A stretch of 62,817 nucleotides of DNA, filler included, from Aduncisulcus paluster (lineage: Eukaryota): the NCBI GenBank assembly GCA_024181965.1. It is 11 parts of 11 records of this genome, joined end to end, with 100 filler letters (N's around TTAATTAATTAA, not from the genome) between each part and the next. Parts side by side here need not be neighbours in the genome. Positions count along the whole stretch, not along the records: positions 55,904 to 59,839 come from BQXS01011466.1; positions 59,940 to 62,817 come from BQXS01011468.1; 9 more parts are not named here. The stretch is one strand, 5' to 3'. Below, piece by piece: positions 57,731 to 62,817 of the stretch. The translations under genes and the position numbers were made by a program. How positions within the stretch are numbered: the first letter of the stretch is position 1; each line of letters starts with the position of its first letter. The notes below the pieces were generated by a model. The model saw only the letters and a program-made list of their open reading frames with translations, did no database searches and was not told the DNA's origin.

Positions 57731-58541
57731 TTTGGTAGAAATGAAGCAATAAGAAACACCCGAAACAGAAAAGGTGTCATGAAAACAATATGGGCATTAA
57801 TTTTCAAATTAATTATATCAAACATCATAAAATGTATAAATTCGAAAACTTTCAGAAACATACAATATCTTGGCTACGTCCTGAGCTTGATTTTGGATTC
57901 ATTATGTTCTAAAATGTCTATGATGAGAACACGAACAATAAGAAAATAGTGTGATAATTTTAACAAAGAATGTCACCACAATCATCGAACATAAAGTGAG
58001 TTTCAAAGAGGAAATGACGACAAAAACACAAAAGAACAGCCAGCAAGAGAACCAGTGAATAAAACAGGGTGATTATGGATTGACAAGAAGTTAATATCTA
58101 ACTAATGAAAAATTATGACATACAATATTTTCAATATTTCTTTTACAACGGGAAGAAATGAAGTTTTAGAATTCAAATCTCTGTATAATAACAATGCAAG
58201 ATGACATTGCAGAATATATCGATTAAAAAATATAAATGTTTTCTTTCTAACATATATTGGATACTAGGCTTGTCATTCCACTCCTGACACAAAATCGTTT
58301 CCTAAGTCCCGAGTTTTGTTCACATATTGCATTGTAAAGTTTTATTGTTTGATGATAAGTTGTAGTTGTAATCTGTGAATGTTGTGGATTAATTGGTAAA
58401 TGACTATATTTGTCTGATTCCTGGTTTCCCCCCTCCAGAGCTTGTTTGATTTTGCAATATCATTTGTTTTAGTTTTTTGTTGTTTTAAAATCTCTGTTGA
58501 GAGTTGGTGAATCTTTAGTTTCTTTTCCAAGTGGTGTAATA
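57731..58541. repeat. ~810-bp repeat copy B; candidate terminal inverted repeat
   Basis: Colinear with 12534-13344; carries an exon-1 copy on the minus strand (57902-57864, MNPKSSSGRSQDI then GTATGT). Confidence 0.9.
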
Positions 58542-59939
58542 ATCCTGTTTTATGTTGTTGACTCAACAATGGTGATGTTGGACACTCCATCTCTTAGAGT
58601 AGCATAATTTGCTCGATATAGGAGCTATATGAGATGAGATATTGTCTGATTCAGCTATTTTCGAAGATAATCCAAACATTCCATTAATCTACATCGATTA
58701 TGGCATGACTCCAGAAAACTCGCCTCGAGACATGTGTAGAAAGCCTGAAAAAGGGACAAACAGATGAAGTTTGTGGGAGAAATTATGCTTCTGTAAAGAG
58801 TTTTATCCAAAAAATTATTTCTTCACTTGGAGTTAATGCAAGATCTATGGGGAACCTTGCACATTTTAGGTGATCTCACTGTCCTATCTCATAGTATGGT
58901 ATATTTTTATTTGACATTTCTTTATATCCAATTGTTCATGACAATATAAAAGTTTGTTCCCAATACAATAGAATATTTATCTTGTTTGAACCGTTGATTT
59001 GCCAGATCCTGATCATCTGATACATTTAATACTGATATTTGTGCTTTCTGTTCCTTGTCTTTGGAATGTAGGATCCTGGTGAGCCAACACTGACTGAGAT
59101 TTGTGGCTGGAACCCAAGTGGAAATATCTTGACCCGTCCCCCTGGTTGAAAAACTCCTTGAGGCTCAGCCTTCCCTCGTCCATGCCAAGAGGGGAGTTCC
59201 GAGACTCGACGAAGAAGTTTGGAATTCTGTCCATAAAGCCCGTCACATCGCCCTCTTCCTTGTCAGTGAATCTCTTTTATGCCCTCTATTTATTTTCATT
59301 ATTTGTGTATTTCCCTTTAGTTCTCTCCCTACGATCAATAGTCATCTGTCTGATGATCGGATGCAGCAATTCAATTATCCAAATAATTTAGATGGTAAAC
59401 TCACTCCTATATTTTCAATTAACAATGTTGGGTTAATATTGATTGATTTTTTTTCAATTGGTTGGGTATTCTTGTTGATTCCATTTTATAGGTGTACATT
59501 GAAGTTTGCAAACCATCCTTGTCTGGAGATAATGGAATTGTTGGAATTCCAGGGTTACCATTGAAAGTAATTTCCAGTACTTTTTGTGGTTTGATGGTTA
59601 TTTGCTATTCCACGCTCTTACATTCATATGAGAGTTGGCCCGAGTATGATTCTTGGATTTCTTGCGTCAACGCAGACGGTTGGGCTTAGTTCTTACCGCA
59701 AGTGTCCTGATATTCTTTGCTTCCTTTTGTATAATGAGTTCTAAATTGATTCCGAACAATACTGACATTTCCTTTGGGATTGTCTATTCTGTTAATGGTT
59801 TGTGTTGTATTATATTCCTCTTTGGATGGTACTACCATANNNNNNNNNNNNNNNNNNNNNNNNNNNNNNNNNNNNNNNNNNNNTTAATTAATTAANNNNN
59901 NNNNNNNNNNNNNNNNNNNNNNNNNNNNNNNNNNNNNNN

Positions 59940-61297
59940 TCAGAAGCCCCGTATATGTGGATGAGTTCAGCAGTAGCAGGGTGTGAATCAGAGTGTTTGC
60001 AAACCGTTCTATAGATGTATTTCCACAGTTCATCGTTACATGGTTCCCCTGCAGTATACAGAGTATGGAGAGAGCGAAGAGAATGGCGAGTGATGTATTT
60101 TGAACCCATGGCACGCACAATCCTGAAGAATGTGGGCTGAGTCATCAAAACAGTCACTTTGTGCCGATCGATAATGTCAAACACCCTTGAAGGGGAAGGA
60201 TAGAAAAGATTTCCTTCGTATAGAACAGTCGTAACACCAAGCATGAGAGGTCCAGTAACACTGTAACACATTCCTCCGATCCAACTGGGACTTCCATTGC
60301 AATAAATGACATCTTTCACATCATCCGAACAATTCACTACGAAATCAGGAGCCATTGATCCCCAACCGGCGTACAATATTGAATGGACGAATCCTTTTGG
60401 TTTTCCGGTAGATCCCGATGAATAAATGATAAAGAATGGGTCGTTGGCCTCAACAAGAGTGTAATCACACGTAGAATCCATTGAAATGATCTCATCCTCA
60501 AAGCACACATCGGTTGGATGGGATTCGTAATCAATACCAGTAAAATGATGTACAATGGTATGACGAATGTTAGGACAGTTTTTAAGAGCCTCATTGGCTT
60601 TTTTTTTCAAGGGATCATGGGTCAGACCACTGATAGATTCATCACAGGTGAGAAGGACAGAACCACCAGACTCATGGATACGAGTTTGCAAGGCATCTGA
60701 AGACATAGGGGAGAAAACAGAAACAAAAATGGCACCAAGACGAGCAATGGCAAGCATAGCAATAAGAAATTCTGGACGAGATGGAAGGTAAATTACAACT
60801 CGATCACCCTTCTTAACGCCTAATTTCTTCAATAAGTTGGCGTATCGACAAGTTTCTTCAAGGAGACGCTTGTATGTAAACTTTTTGACATTAGATGGGT
60901 CGTTACCCTCCCAAATCAAAGCGATATCATCTCCTTTTCCATTTTCAATGTGTTTATCAAGAGCACAATAGGAAAAATTTGTGTACCATCCACTAAACCA
61001 ACGAATACGACGATTTTTTATGTCAGTATCAATAACTTTATCTCTAGGACCCTCTTTCAACCAGGTAATAATGCGGCCGAACTGTTCTATGCAGTATGAG
61101 GTTTGATCAGACCAGGACTTAACATAACGTTCGCGAAAAACTGCAGAAGGGAACTTAATTGGGCAAGAATCATCACATATCCACTCTTCATACTTCTTTA
61201 GGGTGGGCATTTTAAGTGAGACTTGGGGTATTTCATCTGAGGGGAAAGAAGCCGGAAGATTGTCAATTTTTGTGCAGGCTTGGGATGTTAATGACAT
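59940..61297 (-). CDS. acs: AMP-forming acetyl/acyl-CoA synthetase, 3'-truncated
   Basis: NFSYCALDKH, ALIWEG, GVKKGDRVVIY, ARLGAI, YSSGSTGKPKG, YTAGEP. Likely start MSLTSQ. Confidence 0.9.
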
Positions 61298-61599
61298 GAT
61301 AGTACTCTCAGAAAGGTGAGCAAAAGTAGTGGGCAAAAAAAAGAAAATCATCAAGAAAAACTGTATCACTTGATAATATTAAATATAATTATATATAATA
61401 TTATAAATATATATTGTTCGTCGAATTTATGTTTATTTTTGTTCAATAAACAAGCTGCTAACCGCCGGGATTGAAAAATACAGTGGAATGCTATAATGAT
61501 GAAAAATATAATAACTAATTTATATGGTCAATTAAATAATAACTTCAATAATTATGATATACCTGACAAAAACCTACAGAATTAGGTATAAACGAGAAA

Positions 61600-62817
61600 A
61601 TGGCTTTTTTGTTAGCAATGCAGTTCCTTCCATTAAAAGATCTTTATGATATAGAATGCCCACTGGGTAAAGATACAAAATATGGTAAATCTTTCGTTGC
61701 TTATGAAAAATGCACTAGAGAGAAGGTTGTGGTCAAATATAGGTCTAGAAAGCTATTTCAGCAGATTGAAAAGCGAAAAGCTTTGATTACAAAGCTATTT
61801 TCATCTAATATTGGAGGAGTTAATAACCTTTTAGACATCAGAAAGGCCGGTAACAGTATTATATTTGTTTCTAACTTTTGTAAAGGTCCATCATTATTAG
61901 ATTATATTTGTTCACTTCCCAAAATGACTGAACGTGATATATCTGTTATTGTATCATTAATATTAGTTTCTCTTTTTGAGTTACACTCTTCAAATCGTTA
62001 TCATGGGAATATCACCCCCGGAAACATTATGATCAACAGAGAAATTGGCGAATTGGTTCAAGAAGCAACGAAAAGTGGCAAAGAATCAGTTTTAAAGCCT
62101 TGGTTACCTCGTCGTCGTGAAGATGTTGTCCTTTCTGACTGTTTCTTAACTCCTCTTGCTGATTCACCTTTGTTACCCTCCTCAATCCTTTTAGAAGCAA
62201 TTGTTTCCAATGAAGATGCAAGAAAAAAACTCGATGGGGTTGTTAATGATGCTGATGAGTTATTTCATGACCATTCAGCCAACCCCCATCATATCTCCTC
62301 ATTATCCCATGATTCTGATATATTAAAACAAATTAAAGAACTTAAAATGCGCAACCAAGTGTTCTCTAATATCTCTAGTCTTTCCTTTGTCTCTCCGGAA
62401 CATTTATGCCGCGTTTGCCAGTTTTATTACCTTCTCAAGGCGAGTGAGTTCTCAGAACTCAGTGGAATTGTAACAAATGCTCTTCAATCCTCGTCAAAAA
62501 ATTCATCCTCGACTGTTCTTTCCCATGTTTCGTTACCATCATGTTCCCTTGGTTTATTTGCACCCTCAATAGGTTCCCAATGCCCACTCCCCTTTTTCCA
62601 CCATTCTCCACTGATTAAGTCGTCATCAGACATCCAATTCCTCTCCTCTCTGTCCGATCTGACTCTTGATGATGTTAATGAGCTTATGCTGGGTGTGGAA
62701 CTCCATTCCAGAAGTACCACCACAGTCGGCACTCACACAATCTCTCCTGGTTCAGATAAACCATCTTCCATCGCCCCTTCTGATGGTTTTAAATCGCATG
62801 TGACTGGCGACTCTTCT
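61600..62817 (+). CDS. CAMK-like pseudokinase, 3'-partial, absent from the ORF track
   Basis: Frame +1 open from ATG 61600 to the window end: YDIECPLGK, KVVVK, FCKGPSLLDYI, LHSSNRYHGNITPGNIM, VVLSDC, FVSPE. Confidence 0.8.
   Translation, partial: MAFLLAMQFLPLKDLYDIECPLGKDTKYGKSFVAYEKCTREKVVVKYRSRKLFQQIEKRKALITKLFSSNIGGVNNLLDIRKAGNSIIFVSNFCKGPSLLDYICSLPKMTERDISVIVSLILVSLFELHSSNRYHGNITPGNIMINREIGELVQEATKSGKESVLKPWLPRRREDVVLSDCFLTPLADSPLLPSSILLEAIVSNEDARKKLDGVVNDADELFHDHSANPHHISSLSHDSDILKQIKELKMRNQVFSNISSLSFVSPEHLCRVCQFYYLLKASEFSELSGIVTNALQSSSKNSSSTVLSHVSLPSCSLGLFAPSIGSQCPLPFFHHSPLIKSSSDIQFLSSLSDLTLDDVNELMLGVELHSRSTTTVGTHTISPGSDKPSSIAPSDGFKSHVTGDSS

Noticed and set aside
58990-59839. Possible spliced membrane-protein gene
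   Set aside because: Short hydrophobic ORFs in different frames; no consistent exon model could be built.

Overview
Eukaryotic, AT-rich, intron-poor protist DNA. It is not one chromosome: eleven contig pieces are joined by ten artificial 100-nt linkers (44 N + TTAATTAATTAA + 44 N), so ORFs running into the Ns are truncated and adjacency across linkers is meaningless. GTATGT...AG introns near gene 5' ends, an archaeal-type ProRS and an expanded lineage-specific kinase family suggest a free-living fornicate metamonad (Carpediemonas-like, resembling Aduncisulcus); this is inference. Recognisable genes: MORN protein, CYFIP/Sra1, glycogen phosphorylase, profilin-like, PDI, MED31, HSP70, two Rabs (one Rab23), MTAP, Xaa-Pro aminopeptidase, ABCA fragment, UAS-UBX protein, ProRS, AMP-forming acyl-CoA synthetase, two pseudokinases and tRNA-Thr(UGU). 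The most striking structure is a Ser/Thr kinase carrying eight tandem ~150-170 aa DOC/APC10-like domains with hypervariable loops. When two contigs overlapping in the kinase are merged, this gene lies between ~806-bp inverted repeats ending TA|CACCAC...GTGGTG|TA, like a cargo-carrying DNA transposon. The same kinase family also occurs fused to an LRR/Cys-rich receptor ectodomain. One small contig (46129-48796) is packed with mobile-element relics. All assignments are by-eye motif recognition; no searches were run.
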